A DNA stretch of 64,000 nucleotides, taken from contig JAPKBZ010000015.1 of assembly GCA_028823175.1 (NCBI GenBank), forward strand, positions 3,523 to 67,522, written 5' to 3'. This document shows, piece after piece, positions 33,225 to 43,777 of this stretch. Below the pieces are notes generated by a model, which was given only the letters and a program-made list of their open reading frames with translations, did no database searches and had not been told where the DNA came from. Position numbers and translations under genes: made by a program. The DNA is from Myxococcota bacterium (GTDB lineage: Bacteria > Myxococcota_A > UBA9160 > UBA4427). Position 1 is the stretch's first letter; every line of letters starts with the position of its first letter.

Positions 33225-35696
33225 ATGACCCAAGACGAGCCCCGTATCACGCGCCTGCTCGCCGCTCTGACCCTCGAGGAAAAAGTCGCCCTTTGCGCTG
33301 GCTCGGGCCCCTGGCATACCACCCCGGTACCGCGCCTCGGGATCCCCGCCCTCAAGGTCAGCGACGGCCCCAATGGGGTCCGGGGCAACGGGATCAGCGG
33401 CGCCAGCGCGGCATGCTTTCCGGTGGGCGCGGCGCTGGCGGCGACATGGAACGTCGACCTGATCCGGCGAGTGGGCGACGCCCTGGGTCAGGAGGCCCGG
33501 AGCAAGGGCGCGGGACTCGTCCTCGGCCCCACGGTGAATCTCCATCGCCATCCCCTGGCCGGTCGCAACTTCGAATGTTATTCCGAGGACCCTCACCTCT
33601 CGGCCCGAATCGCGGTGGCTTTCATCGAGGGCGTGCAGGCCACGGGGGTCGCGGCCTGCGTCAAGCATTTTGTCGCCAACGACTCCGAATTCGAACGCCA
33701 TAGTATCAGCTCCGAGGTCGGCGAAGCGCCGCTTCGCGAACTCTATCTGCCCCCCTTCGAGGCCGCGGTCCGGGAGGCCCGGGTTCAGGCGGTGATGTCG
33801 GCATACAACCGCGTCAACGGAATCTACGCCTCGAGTCACGAAGACTTGCTGCAGGGAGTCCTCAAGGACGAGTGGGGTTTTCGCGGTTTGGTGATCAGCG
33901 ATTGGGGAGCCGCCACGGAAACCGTGGCCAATGCCAATGCCGGGTTGGACCTCGAAATGCCCGGGCCGCCCCGGGCCATGGGCGAACACCTGCTCGCGGC
34001 GGTGCGGGCGGGCGAGGTCGACGAATCCCGGGTCGACGACAAGGTGCGGCGCCTGCTCGGAATCCTCTCGGCCTGCGGGCGCCTGGACGACGACCGCCCG
34101 GAAGAAGACGAACGCGCGGAGGATCGACCCGAGCACCGGGTGCTGGCCCGGCGGGTCGCCGCGGAGAGCATCGTTCTCGTGCGCAACCGAGGCGTACTGC
34201 CCTTGGACGCCCGGCGTATTCGGCGGCTCGCGCTAATCGGGCCCAACGCCGAACACGCCCAAATCCAAGGGGGCGGAAGTTCCATCGTGCGTGCGCACTA
34301 TGAAATTCATCCCCTCGCCGCCCTGAAAGAATACCTGGGCGAAGGTGTCGAAATCCTGCACGAGCCCGGCTGCCGCATCGATAAATACCTGCCCGCTATC
34401 GATCCGGCTTCCCTGCGACCCGCCGGCGGTGAGGATCGTCCCGGGCTTCTCCTCGAGTACTGGAACGGTGAAATCGGTCGCGGGCCGGCGGTGGAAACCC
34501 GGATCGTCCGGCGCTGCCGAGCTTTTTGGATGGGCGAGTTCTCGCCCAGGGTCGATTCGCGCAATTTCAGCGCGCGCTACTCGGGTTCCTTCACCGCCAA
34601 GACCGGGGGGCTCTACGATTTCGGCTTGCAGAGCGCTGGAAGCAGCCGCCTCTTCATCGACGACGCGCTCCTCCTCGACAACGCCCAGGACCAAGAGCCC
34701 GGCGACGCGTTCTTTGGCAACGGATCCGCCGAGCGCCGGGCTCAGATTCACCTCGAAGAAGGCGAGTCCTACGCCCTGCGCATCGAGTTCCAGAGCGACC
34801 CCACCCTGACGAGCGCGGGGCTGCAATTCGGAGCCCTCCCCCCCCAACCCGCCGACGGCATCGAGCGCGCGGTGGCCGCCGCCGAGGCGGCGGATGCCGT
34901 CGTGCTCGTCCTGGGCACGACCGGGGAATGGGAAACCGAGGGCAATGATCGCCGGGACATGGCGCTTCCCGGGCGCCAGGACGAGTTGGCGAAGAGCGTG
35001 CTGGCGGTCCGCCCGGATGCCGTGGTCGCCCTGAACGTCGGCAGCCCGGTGGCCCTGGATTGGATCGAAGCCTGCGGGGCCCTACTCCAGCTCTCTTTCG
35101 GCGGCCAGGAACTCGGGCACGCCCTCGCGGATATCCTCTTCGGCGAGGTGAATCCCTCGGGCCGGGTACCCACGACCTGGCCCGCCCGCCTAGAGGACAG
35201 TCCGGCCTTCCCCCACTACCCGGGCGAGAATGGGCGCGTGGAATACGGGGAGGGTCGGCTCATGGGTTACCGCGGCTACGAGCGCCGGGGGGTCGAGCCT
35301 CGCATCCCCTTCGGGCACGGGCTCTCCTACAGCGAATTCGTGTACGACGAGCTCCGGGTGCCCGAATCCGCCCGGGCCGGCGAGGCCATCGAGATCTCGA
35401 TCCGAGTCGCCAACACCGGAAGCCGGGCCGGCCAGGAGGTCGTCCAGGTCTACGTCCGTGAACCCGACGCCGGCGCCGAACGGCCGGACAAGGAGTTGCG
35501 CGCCTTCGCGAAGATCGACCTCGACGCCGGCCAGGCCGAGTCCATTCGCCTCACGCTACCGGCCCGAGCCTTCGAGCACTGGGACGAAAACATTGGAGCG
35601 TGGAGAGCCGAACCCGGAGCGAGAGAAATCGTCGTGGGGGCCTCGTCCGCGGATATTCGCGCCCGGGCACCCCTAAAAATTCGCGGTCCGAACTAG
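33225..35696 (+). CDS. GH3 beta-glucosidase with PA14 insert and FnIII-like domain (no signal peptide)
   Basis: SDGPNGVRG, GRNFECYSEDP, KHFVAND, ISDW (nucleophile), ETEGNDR, FGHGLSY, KELRAFAK. Confidence 0.95.
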   Translation: MTQDEPRITRLLAALTLEEKVALCAGSGPWHTTPVPRLGIPALKVSDGPNGVRGNGISGASAACFPVGAALAATWNVDLIRRVGDALGQEARSKGAGLVLGPTVNLHRHPLAGRNFECYSEDPHLSARIAVAFIEGVQATGVAACVKHFVANDSEFERHSISSEVGEAPLRELYLPPFEAAVREARVQAVMSAYNRVNGIYASSHEDLLQGVLKDEWGFRGLVISDWGAATETVANANAGLDLEMPGPPRAMGEHLLAAVRAGEVDESRVDDKVRRLLGILSACGRLDDDRPEEDERAEDRPEHRVLARRVAAESIVLVRNRGVLPLDARRIRRLALIGPNAEHAQIQGGGSSIVRAHYEIHPLAALKEYLGEGVEILHEPGCRIDKYLPAIDPASLRPAGGEDRPGLLLEYWNGEIGRGPAVETRIVRRCRAFWMGEFSPRVDSRNFSARYSGSFTAKTGGLYDFGLQSAGSSRLFIDDALLLDNAQDQEPGDAFFGNGSAERRAQIHLEEGESYALRIEFQSDPTLTSAGLQFGALPPQPADGIERAVAAAEAADAVVLVLGTTGEWETEGNDRRDMALPGRQDELAKSVLAVRPDAVVALNVGSPVALDWIEACGALLQLSFGGQELGHALADILFGEVNPSGRVPTTWPARLEDSPAFPHYPGENGRVEYGEGRLMGYRGYERRGVEPRIPFGHGLSYSEFVYDELRVPESARAGEAIEISIRVANTGSRAGQEVVQVYVREPDAGAERPDKELRAFAKIDLDAGQAESIRLTLPARAFEHWDENIGAWRAEPGAREIVVGASSADIRARAPLKIRGPN

Positions 35697-36448
35697 CCTC
35701 GACGCTTCTGCTTGCGCTGCTTGGCCCGCATACCCCGATGGGTTCCCGGCTGGTATTGACGCATGGATGCCGGGGGTTTCTCCAGCTTGAGCGCATACCA
35801 GGGCATTCCGAACCGCTTCATCAAGAGTTTGCGATTATTTTGCAGCCGCAGCAGGTTTTCCTTGCTGGCCTCGTTGCTCGACTCCACTTTCAGACAACGC
35901 CGAAGCTGCTCGATGGCCTTGTCGCTGTCCCCGTTCTTGTTGAGCATCCAGGCGTAGGCGTGATAGGGGAGAATTTGTTTTTTGCTCCCGCGAATCGCAA
36001 TTTCCATAGCTTCAAAGGCCTTGGCGGCGTTCTTGCGACGAAAGTAGATAGCCGCGAGGGCCATGCGGGCATCGGGGGCGCGCAGCGCAGATTTTTCGAG
36101 GTAGTCAACAGCGAGATCCTCCTTCTCCGCGCCATAGGCGAGGATGCCCAGTTGGGCATAGATCTGCCCAGTCAGCATCACCTGCCAGCGTCCGAGGGGA
36201 ATCAACTCCTCAAGGGTCTGCATCGCCAAAGTCGTTGCTCCAGACTGCAGCTGTTTTTGGGCCTGGAGGAAGCGCGGCTCGAACCGCTTGGAGATAATCC
36301 GCGACAAGAGCACGAAGGTGCCCAAGGCCAGGAGCACCCCGAGGATGATCCCCATAGCCCAGGTCTTCCAGAATCCGAGCAGGGTGTAGGCCACGCCCAA
36401 GAGCGTCCCCACCAGAAGCGATATCAGGATGCTGTACACGAAAATCAC
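35693..36448 (-). CDS. Membrane-anchored TPR-repeat protein
   Basis: Two N-terminal TM helices followed by TPR-like helices (YAQLGILAY..AVDYLEKS; YAWML..AIEQLRRCLKVE). Confidence 0.75.
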   Translation of the reverse strand: MIFVYSILISLLVGTLLGVAYTLLGFWKTWAMGIILGVLLALGTFVLLSRIISKRFEPRFLQAQKQLQSGATTLAMQTLEELIPLGRWQVMLTGQIYAQLGILAYGAEKEDLAVDYLEKSALRAPDARMALAAIYFRRKNAAKAFEAMEIAIRGSKKQILPYHAYAWMLNKNGDSDKAIEQLRRCLKVESSNEASKENLLRLQNNRKLLMKRFGMPWYALKLEKPPASMRQYQPGTHRGMRAKQRKQKRRG

Positions 36449-36621
36449 TTTCTACCGGTCGCCGGAGGGGCCCGGGGGCGGAACTCTACCCAAAGCCTCC
36501 CGCACCCGCATTCTCGAAACCCGTTCGAATCGAGCGAAGTACGATCCAGCCCTTGGGGCTCCGCAATCCCGATGGGCGAGCTAGAATAGGCCGACCCCCC
36601 CGTCTCCAGAGGTCGCCCAGC

Positions 36622-37083
36622 GTGTCCGAAATATGGGCTCATGCCCTGCCCTGGCTCAAGGCACTCCACATCATTGCCGTCATCTCCTGGATGGCGGGGC
36701 TCCTCTACCTGCCCCGGCTCTTCGTCTATCACTGCGAGGCCGAACCGGGCTCCGAAACCTCGGAAACCTTCAAGGTCATGGAGGACAAGCTCGCGCGCCT
36801 GATCCTCTTCCCCGCCATGCTGGCCAGCGTCGGCTTTGGACTCGCCATGCTCTGCCTACCCGGCTATCTCGCCGGCGCCACGGCCGGGGGCAGCCTCTGG
36901 CTCTGGCTCAAGCTCGCGCTGGTGGGCGGGCTCCTTTTCACCCATCGCCAGATGCTTCATTGGCGCGATGATTTTGCCGCCGACCGCAACCAACGCCCCC
37001 AGCGCTTCTTCCGAATCGCCAACGAGGTCCCCACCCTGCTCATGGTGGGCATCGTCATATTTGTGGTGGTCCGACCCTTTTGA
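36622..37083 (+). CDS. hemJ: Protoporphyrinogen oxidase HemJ
   Basis: WLKALHIIAVISWMAGLLYLPRLFVYH, FKVMEDKL, FRIANEVPT, VVRPF. Confidence 0.95.
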   Translation: MSEIWAHALPWLKALHIIAVISWMAGLLYLPRLFVYHCEAEPGSETSETFKVMEDKLARLILFPAMLASVGFGLAMLCLPGYLAGATAGGSLWLWLKLALVGGLLFTHRQMLHWRDDFAADRNQRPQRFFRIANEVPTLLMVGIVIFVVVRPF

Positions 37084-37754
37084 CTCTCTTGTCGCCCTTG
37101 TCGCTCTTGTCGCCATCGTCGCTTGCCCGGATTTTTCGACCCCGAGACTGGACGCTGGTTTCCCCGGCACTTGGTCTGGCACTTGCTCTGGCTCTCATTC
37201 TGGCCCCGAGCCCCGCCTTCGCCTCGGAGGAGAGCTCCCATGAGCACCGTCTCGGCTACGGGCTCGCCATCGGCTACGGCTACGGCGTGGCGCCCCGGGA
37301 CAATCAGCGCGGAAGCGACGTGCAGGACGTGCGAACCCTGGCCATCGAACCCAGCCTTCGCATGCCCCTCCACACCTTCGGCGAGGGCGAGGCCTGGTAC
37401 GATGGGCGCCTCGATGGCCTGCTCCAAGCGACCGTCCTGGTCGAACTCGACCCCGGCAGCGGGACCGCCGCCGCGGGGAGCTTGGGGCTCCGCTACCTCT
37501 TCAGCCCGAACTGGAAAACTCGGCCCTATATCGAGGGCAGTCTCGGAGTCGGCGACTTGGCTTTCGGGCTCACCGGCCAGGATGATGGGGTGAGCTTTTT
37601 TATCCATACGGCACTGGGCGTTCGTCATCCCATTAGCGACGACTTCTCGCTGATCGCCAGTGTGCTCTGGCAACACGTCTCCAACGCCAACAGCCATCCG
37701 CCGAATCTGGGCATCGACACCGTCGGATTCAGGATCGGCCTCGAACTCTGGTAG
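37080..37754 (+). CDS. PagL-like acyloxyacyl hydrolase / lipid A 3-O-deacylase (outer-membrane beta-barrel)
   Basis: Signal peptide ending SPAFA, PYIEGSLG, catalytic HVSNA..PNLGID motif, C-terminal Trp. Start uncertain. Confidence 0.8.
   Translation: MTLLSPLSLLSPSSLARIFRPRDWTLVSPALGLALALALILAPSPAFASEESSHEHRLGYGLAIGYGYGVAPRDNQRGSDVQDVRTLAIEPSLRMPLHTFGEGEAWYDGRLDGLLQATVLVELDPGSGTAAAGSLGLRYLFSPNWKTRPYIEGSLGVGDLAFGLTGQDDGVSFFIHTALGVRHPISDDFSLIASVLWQHVSNANSHPPNLGIDTVGFRIGLELW
37086..37121. repeat. 9-bp tandem repeat, consensus CYCTTGTCG, 4 copies (last degenerate)
   Basis: CTCTTGTCG CCCTTGTCG CTCTTGTCG CCATCGTCG, directly after the hemJ stop. Confidence 0.8.
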
Positions 37755-37813
37755 CGCCCCCGGCGCAACAACCCCGAAACCCGGGGCGGGGAGGCGCCCA
37801 CACACAACCCGGC

Positions 37814-38680
37814 TCAGAGCTTGGCGATCACCTTGTCCGCGAAACTCTTGAGCGAACCGATCTTGTGATCCAGGGTCGTCACGTCGGCCTCGTAGGCGTT
37901 GCGGAAGCCGACGATGGCGTCGGTCACCCCCATATCCTCTAGGCGCTTGATGCCGTCCAGGGTAAAGGCGTCCATAGAGATGACGTGAATCTCGAAGGGC
38001 TCCTTCTCCCGCCCGTATTCCCGGCGCAATTCCGTCAAGCGGTCGAGCATCCCCTGGAGATCTTCGCCGCTCCCTCCCGCGTGCATCCAACCATCGCCCG
38101 TCCGCGCCGCCCTGCGCAGGGCGAGTTCGGCATGGCCACCGACCAAGATCGGGATCCGCCGACTCGGGGCGGGGCTCATCTTGATGCTCTGAAAATCGAA
38201 ATGATCCCCATGAAACTCGAAGAATTCACCGGTTTCCAGACCCCGGATGATGTCGATCATCTCGTCCATGCGCTTGCCTCGCGCGGCCAAGGGCACGCCG
38301 GTTACGGCGAAATCTTCGGGCCAAGGAGAGATCCCCACTCCAAAGCCCAAGCGATTATTACTGAGCACCGCCACGGACATGGCCTGCTTCGCCACCAAGA
38401 CCGGGTTGCGCACCGGAAGCTTGACCACAAAGGTCGTGAAGCGCAGGCGCTCGGTCACCGCCGCCAATGTCGCGCACAGGATCATCGGCTCAATGAAGGG
38501 TTTGCCGTCGAGAAATTCGCGGTTGCCGTCCGGTGTATAGGGGTATTTGCTGTCCGAGACTTCCGGGTAGCAGATGCTGTCGGGAATCGTAAAGGAGTGA
38601 TAACCGGCCTCTTCGGCCGCGATCGCCAGGGGGATATAGCTCTCGGGTGAAACCATGGATTCGGCGATGGTAAAGCGCAT
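37814..38680 (-). CDS. LLM-class, probably F420-dependent oxidoreductase (Rv2161c-like)
   Basis: AAEEAGYHS..PDSICYP, LAAVTERLRFTT, RGKRMDE, PILVGGH..ALRRAARTGDGW. Confidence 0.9.
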   Translation of the reverse strand: MRFTIAESMVSPESYIPLAIAAEEAGYHSFTIPDSICYPEVSDSKYPYTPDGNREFLDGKPFIEPMILCATLAAVTERLRFTTFVVKLPVRNPVLVAKQAMSVAVLSNNRLGFGVGISPWPEDFAVTGVPLAARGKRMDEMIDIIRGLETGEFFEFHGDHFDFQSIKMSPAPSRRIPILVGGHAELALRRAARTGDGWMHAGGSGEDLQGMLDRLTELRREYGREKEPFEIHVISMDAFTLDGIKRLEDMGVTDAIVGFRNAYEADVTTLDHKIGSLKSFADKVIAKL

Positions 38681-38926
38681 TCATTCGTCCTCGCTGGGTG
38701 TTCTACGTTGGATCAATGCGAGGCATCACTCCACGGCTCCGGTGAGCGTCCGACTCGGGCGAGCCGTCCTCCGCATTGCCGTCGAAGCATCGCATAGACG
38801 AATCCAGGCCGCCCATGTGGAGGAGCTCCCCTTGACAAGGGAAAGCCTGATCTCAAGACTCTCTTGAACCCGGCGGTCGGACAGTTGTACAGATCCGGCC
38901 ACGCGCCTGCACGAACGGAGACTGAC

Positions 38927-40108
38927 GTGGCTCAATGGTCCAACTGGTCGGGGCGCCTTCGCGCCGAACCCGCTTCCATCGTCTCGGTCCAAGACGAATC
39001 CCAAGTGGTCGAGGCCATTGCCTCCGCCCGGCGGAACGGACAGCGCGTCGGAGTCGCGGGCGCGTGCCACAGCCACTCCCCTCTGGTCCGTACCGAGGGC
39101 GTCCTGGTGGACATCACCGGCCTTGCCGGGGTCATCGCCGTGGACCCGGAGGCGGGCTCTGCGAGGATCCGAGCGGGCACCCGAATCTCAGAGCTTGGCG
39201 AACCCCTGCGCGCCCGGGGCGTGGCGCTCATCAACCAGGGCGACATCGATCGCCAGAGCCTGGGCGGGGCACTGGCCACGGGAACCCACGGCACGGGCGC
39301 CCGCCTGCGAAACCTCTCAGCGGGGCTACTCGGCGCGCGCATCGCCCTGGGCGACGGCCGCGTCGTGGAGTGCTCTCCCGATCAGGAGCCCGAGCTCTTC
39401 CAGGCCACGCGGCTGAATCTCGGCGGCCTCGGCGTAGTGACCGAGTTGACCGTGGCCGTAAGGCCCGCCTACCGGCTGCGGGAGCGACTCTGGCTCGAAG
39501 ACCTCGACGCGGTCCTCGACCGCATCGAACCCCTCATCCACGCCACCCGGCATTTTGAATTTTTCTGGATGCCCGGGAGCCAGAGGGCCGCCTGCAAGGC
39601 CATCGAAGAGACGGAGGACGCACCCGTCTACCCCCTAGCCGAGGAGGGCAAGCGGGTGGCTTGGAGCGATCAAGTGCTCGCTAACGAACGCCCGGACAAA
39701 CACTCGGAGATGGAGTACTCGGTTCCCCGGGAACAGGGCCCCGCGTGCTTTCGTCAGCTCGCCGAGATGCTCCAGCGCGATTTTCCCGAACTCGCGTGGC
39801 CCCTGGAATACCGAAGCCTGGCCGAAGATGACGTCTGGCTCTCCACTGCCTACGAAAGGCCCACGGCGACCCTCTCGGTTCACCAGGGAATCGACGCCCC
39901 GGACGAACCGGTATTCCGAGCCTGCGAGGCCCTCTTCAAGGAATTCGCCGGTCGTCCGCATTGGGGCAAAGTTCATTACCGGAGCGGAGGGGAGTTGGCC
40001 GATCTCCACCCGAGATGGGCCGACTGGTGGCGGGTTCGCGACGCCTGGGATCCCGAGGATCGATTCCTCGGCCCCCACCTCGAATCCCTCCGCGAAGCGC
40101 GCGACTGA
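38927..40108 (+). CDS. FAD-linked oxidase, aldonolactone (ALO/GulO) oxidase family
   Basis: GGAG RBS and GTG start; WSNWSG, GACHSHS (covalent FAD His), NQGDIDRQSLGGALATGTHGTG, EMEYSVP, GRPHWGK. Confidence 0.92.
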   Translation: MAQWSNWSGRLRAEPASIVSVQDESQVVEAIASARRNGQRVGVAGACHSHSPLVRTEGVLVDITGLAGVIAVDPEAGSARIRAGTRISELGEPLRARGVALINQGDIDRQSLGGALATGTHGTGARLRNLSAGLLGARIALGDGRVVECSPDQEPELFQATRLNLGGLGVVTELTVAVRPAYRLRERLWLEDLDAVLDRIEPLIHATRHFEFFWMPGSQRAACKAIEETEDAPVYPLAEEGKRVAWSDQVLANERPDKHSEMEYSVPREQGPACFRQLAEMLQRDFPELAWPLEYRSLAEDDVWLSTAYERPTATLSVHQGIDAPDEPVFRACEALFKEFAGRPHWGKVHYRSGGELADLHPRWADWWRVRDAWDPEDRFLGPHLESLREARD

Positions 40109-40155
40109 TTCACTCCAGGGGCGAGTTGCCGCGAGGCATCGTCTATGGTTTGGCT

Positions 40156-41220
40156 ATGGCTGCAGACGAATTGATCTTTGACCCGGGAGTGCTGAAAGAC
40201 GAAGCGCTCTGCGAGTTCCAGGGCTACCGCGCCGCTGAACGCCACGGAGGTGTCGCCATCCTCCCCTGGCGGGCGGCCTGGCTCGAGGCCACGGCGGCGG
40301 GGGTAGCCGCCGTGGGCTCGGCCCCCTCCCGCGAAGAGGGAAGTTTTCGCCAGGGCCTGGTCCACCTTCAAAAGAGCCGGGCGGCCACCTGGCGGGATCT
40401 GGGCCACGCGTGGCAGCTCATCGAGACCGGCGGGCGGCTGCTCATCTGCGGCGGAAACGAATTGGGGATCCGGTCGGCGGTCAAACGATTGGGCCAGGAG
40501 TTGGGCCAGGAAGCGCGGGTACTCGCCAATCGGCGTCATGCGCGCATCGTCGCGTTCGAGCGGACTGAAACTTCCGCCCCCAAGCCCGCTCCCGCCAGCC
40601 AGATAACCTTGTCCCTGCCCCAGGGAACTAGCCAGGCCCTTCACGCCGAGCCCGGCGTATTCAGCGCCAAACGCCTCGACCTGGGCACCGAGCTCCTGCT
40701 CGAAACCCTCGCCGAGCAACCCCCTCCCCAGCGCGTGCTCGATCTCGGCTGCGGCATTGGGCCACTGGCCCTCTCGGCCCTGCTCCGCTGGCCCGATGCC
40801 CGGGCTCTGCTCCTCGACGGTGATATTCGCGCCGTGGCCAGCGGGACGCGGAACGCCGAGAGCCTGGGCGTCGAGTCGCGATCCCGGGTCGAGTGGTGGG
40901 ACGCCGAGGAAGCCTGCCCCGAGGACGAGTTCGACCTCGCTCTAGTCAACCCTCCCTTCCACGGCGGAAAAGAGGTCGACCTGCGCCCTGCCCAGGCCAT
41001 GTTCACCCGCCTGACCGAGGCGCTGTCTCGGGGAGGTCGCGCCCTCATCGTCGCCAACCGAACGCTTCCCTACGAGCGCAGCCTCTCGGCGGCGGGTTCC
41101 ATGGAAATTCTTCGGGCCGAACGGGGCTACAAAATCATCGGCTTCACTCGGGGCCGGGCCAGCAGCACTCCGGCATCCGGCCGCCCGCGAGGGGGCCGAT
41201 CCCGCTCAAGGTCGAGTTGA
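40156..41220 (+). CDS. Class I SAM-dependent methyltransferase, RsmC/RlmG (MTS) family
   Basis: PGVFSAKRLDLGT, VLDLGCGIG, NPPFH, IVANR. Confidence 0.85.
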   Translation: MAADELIFDPGVLKDEALCEFQGYRAAERHGGVAILPWRAAWLEATAAGVAAVGSAPSREEGSFRQGLVHLQKSRAATWRDLGHAWQLIETGGRLLICGGNELGIRSAVKRLGQELGQEARVLANRRHARIVAFERTETSAPKPAPASQITLSLPQGTSQALHAEPGVFSAKRLDLGTELLLETLAEQPPPQRVLDLGCGIGPLALSALLRWPDARALLLDGDIRAVASGTRNAESLGVESRSRVEWWDAEEACPEDEFDLALVNPPFHGGKEVDLRPAQAMFTRLTEALSRGGRALIVANRTLPYERSLSAAGSMEILRAERGYKIIGFTRGRASSTPASGRPRGGRSRSRSS

Positions 41221-41303
41221 GACCAACCCGTGTCTCTCGCGGGATGGGCTAGCCTCCACGGGCTCCGCGTCATCATGACAGCGAGCAAAAACCGAGGTCA
41301 AGC

Positions 41304-41906
41304 TTGCCGGACAGACCCCATATTCCCAATTTGCGGTCCTCCTCCCTTGCCCGTGGGCTCGCCCTCGCCCTGACCGCCGGGGGGCTACTCGCACTGAGCA
41401 CTCCGCCAGCGGCCGGGGGCCAAATCAAGCAGCGAACCGTCGAAGAGCCGGCCACGGCGGACCAGATCAAATCAAGTCGTCAACGCGAACTCGCCAAGAC
41501 GCTCTCTCGGCGTCATCTCGGCACCCCCCTCACTGGCGGAGAAATTCGCGACCTCGAAATCATCCAGCGCCTCCTCGACAGCCAGTCCATCGAGCGGGAA
41601 GACGTCTTCGAACAGCAGGCCCTGGGCCTCGCCCTCGGCGATGTCATGGCCCAGAACCTGGACCTTCATTGGGTGGTGGTGGACGACGATTACGGCCGAA
41701 GCCGGGCCCTTCGCTGGAAGCAGGAGGAAGATCTCTTCTTCCCTGTCACGCTCTTCTCGAAACGAATCCAGCAGGGTCGACCCGTCGAAGTTCACGAACT
41801 CTACGACGTGGTCGCCGACCGGGTCGCCACCCTCAAGGCCCGTTCCCTCCCCCGCCGACGCGGGCGAGCCGTCATCCCCCCCCGACCCAAAAAACAAAGC
41901 GACTAA
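41304..41906 (+). CDS. DUF3806 domain secreted protein
   Basis: Signal-like N-terminus; QALGLALGDV..WVVVDDDYGRSRAL..FPVTLFSKR. Confidence 0.75.
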   Translation: MPDRPHIPNLRSSSLARGLALALTAGGLLALSTPPAAGGQIKQRTVEEPATADQIKSSRQRELAKTLSRRHLGTPLTGGEIRDLEIIQRLLDSQSIEREDVFEQQALGLALGDVMAQNLDLHWVVVDDDYGRSRALRWKQEEDLFFPVTLFSKRIQQGRPVEVHELYDVVADRVATLKARSLPRRRGRAVIPPRPKKQSD

Positions 41907-42264
41907 TCCTCTGGCGATTATGCGCCACGCCCCGGTAGACGAGTTCTACGCCCCAGACCAGGGGAACCGAGCCCAGCACGCGCGCGGTTCGTGGATAACC
42001 GAGGGCTCCGAGAATAAAAAGCAGCGCCCGGCCACCCCGCAGCACTCTCCCCTCGCCATCGATCACATGGAGCGCATCTGCGCATTCCCGGCGAAGAGAT
42101 TCGGTCATGGGCGGTGACGGAGCTTCCTGATAGGCGACGACCTCGAGCCGGTCGGCCACGTCGATCTCCTGGCACCGTTCCGCCGCCCGGCGACACAAAG
42201 CGCATTCGCCATCCCAGAGAACCAGAGGGCGCCGCGCTGCCGAGTCCCGCAAGAGCTCACTCAT
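41872..42264 (-). CDS. DCC1-like thiol-disulfide oxidoreductase (DUF393)
   Basis: LVLWDGECALC, and YRGVAHNR near the C-terminus. Confidence 0.88.
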   Translation of the reverse strand: MSELLRDSAARRPLVLWDGECALCRRAAERCQEIDVADRLEVVAYQEAPSPPMTESLRRECADALHVIDGEGRVLRGGRALLFILGALGYPRTARVLGSVPLVWGVELVYRGVAHNRQRISRFVFWVGGG

Positions 42265-42305
42265 AGCAACCAGAGTAGCCGAGCCCGCCCCCGAGGCACA
42301 GGAAC

Positions 42306-43622
42306 TCAGGCCTCGAGCGCGTCCTTTGCCTTGAGATCAGCGACCAGGGTCCGAGCCGCCAGGGCGTAGTGGAGCACAGACCAGGCAGCGAAGGTGACGA
42401 CCACGGACAGCAACGCGTAGCGCAAGGACTCGATGCCGAACGAACCCTGCAGCAGATCGCTCAGGATGCCGACCACCTGGGGACCGAGGCCGAGGCCGAT
42501 GAGGTTGATCACGAAGAGCAGAATCGCCGAAGCCGTCGCCCGCATCCGCGGCGGAACGATGCTCTGGGTCGTCGCGAAAGTCGGCCCAAGGTACATGCCA
42601 CCGAGAAATGAGCCCGGAAAAGAGAGGATCAAAGCCATACGACCATCAGGCCACAAGTAGAGGAGGAATGCGAAGGGGATATAGATCGCCGTGGCGATCG
42701 CCGGCACCCACATATGCCAACGAAGATCCCGGACCGCGAGCCGATCGCTCAGGAAGCCCCCCAGATAGGTGCCCGCGACGCCGCCTGTGAAGCCGAGAGC
42801 GGCGAGCCAGGTCCCGAGCTCGCCACTCGGGATGCCGTGGGAGCGCATAAAGAACGCGGCGACAAAGGCGCTCGCGCCATAGCCGTAGAAGGCGTGTAGC
42901 GCGGCCCCGAAGGCCATGTGGCGGAAGGAGCGAAGGGAGAGCATAAAGCGCAGCACCTCCCGGGTATTCTCTCCTTCCCCGTTGCTGGCCACTCCGTCCC
43001 GAGCGCCCCGGGGCGGCTCGGGCAGGGTCAGCTTTACGATGATGGCTAGAAAACAACCCGGAAGCCCCACGACCATGAAAGCCACGCGCCAGTCGAAGAA
43101 CTCGTTGAGCCAACCCCCCGCCCAGAATCCAATGGCACCCCCAATGGGAATTCCCAAGGAGTAGATCGAGAGCGCTGTCGCCCGGCGCTCGGGTGGAAAA
43201 TAATCGGAGATCAATGAGTGGGCGGGCGGACTGCAGCCCGCCTCGCCAATGCCCACGCCCACCCGCGCCAGGGCAAGCTGGGCAAAGCTGCGGGCCAACC
43301 CGGTGGCCGCCGTCATGCTACTCCAGACCAAAATGGCCAGGGCGATGATCGTCGTGCGCTTCCCGCGGTCGGCCCAACGCGCGATGGGAATCCCCATAAT
43401 GGTATACAAGAGCGCAAACGCGATCCCCGACAGGAATCCGAGGTAGGTATCCGAAACGTCGAAAGTTTCTTTGATGTCCTCGAGCAGGATCGAGAGGATC
43501 GAACGGTCGACGAAGTTAAAAACGTAAACGACGACCAGCAACCCCAGGGCGTATCGACTGGCTCCAACCGAGAGGGGCGCGGGTCCAACAGTGCGAGGAG
43601 CCGTTGTCTCGAGGGCGGGCAT
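42306..43622 (-). CDS. MFS transporter (spinster-like)
   Basis: NFVDRSILS, ARWADRGKR, ARVGVGIGEAGCSPPAHSLISDYFP, GLGLGPQVVG; 12 TM. Confidence 0.93.
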   Translation of the reverse strand: MPALETTAPRTVGPAPLSVGASRYALGLLVVVYVFNFVDRSILSILLEDIKETFDVSDTYLGFLSGIAFALLYTIMGIPIARWADRGKRTTIIALAILVWSSMTAATGLARSFAQLALARVGVGIGEAGCSPPAHSLISDYFPPERRATALSIYSLGIPIGGAIGFWAGGWLNEFFDWRVAFMVVGLPGCFLAIIVKLTLPEPPRGARDGVASNGEGENTREVLRFMLSLRSFRHMAFGAALHAFYGYGASAFVAAFFMRSHGIPSGELGTWLAALGFTGGVAGTYLGGFLSDRLAVRDLRWHMWVPAIATAIYIPFAFLLYLWPDGRMALILSFPGSFLGGMYLGPTFATTQSIVPPRMRATASAILLFVINLIGLGLGPQVVGILSDLLQGSFGIESLRYALLSVVVTFAAWSVLHYALAARTLVADLKAKDALEA

Positions 43623-43777
43623 CGTAAAAGCCTACCACCTTCTCTCCTCGTCCCATTTTTTTCTTTACAGGGCGAGATCCAGGCGCAGGAAGACGGCTGG
43701 CGAGATCCAACGCGTTGGGCGAGCCTATACGCCCATCGACCACGACCGGCAGCGGCCACGAATCAGCGAACGGAATC

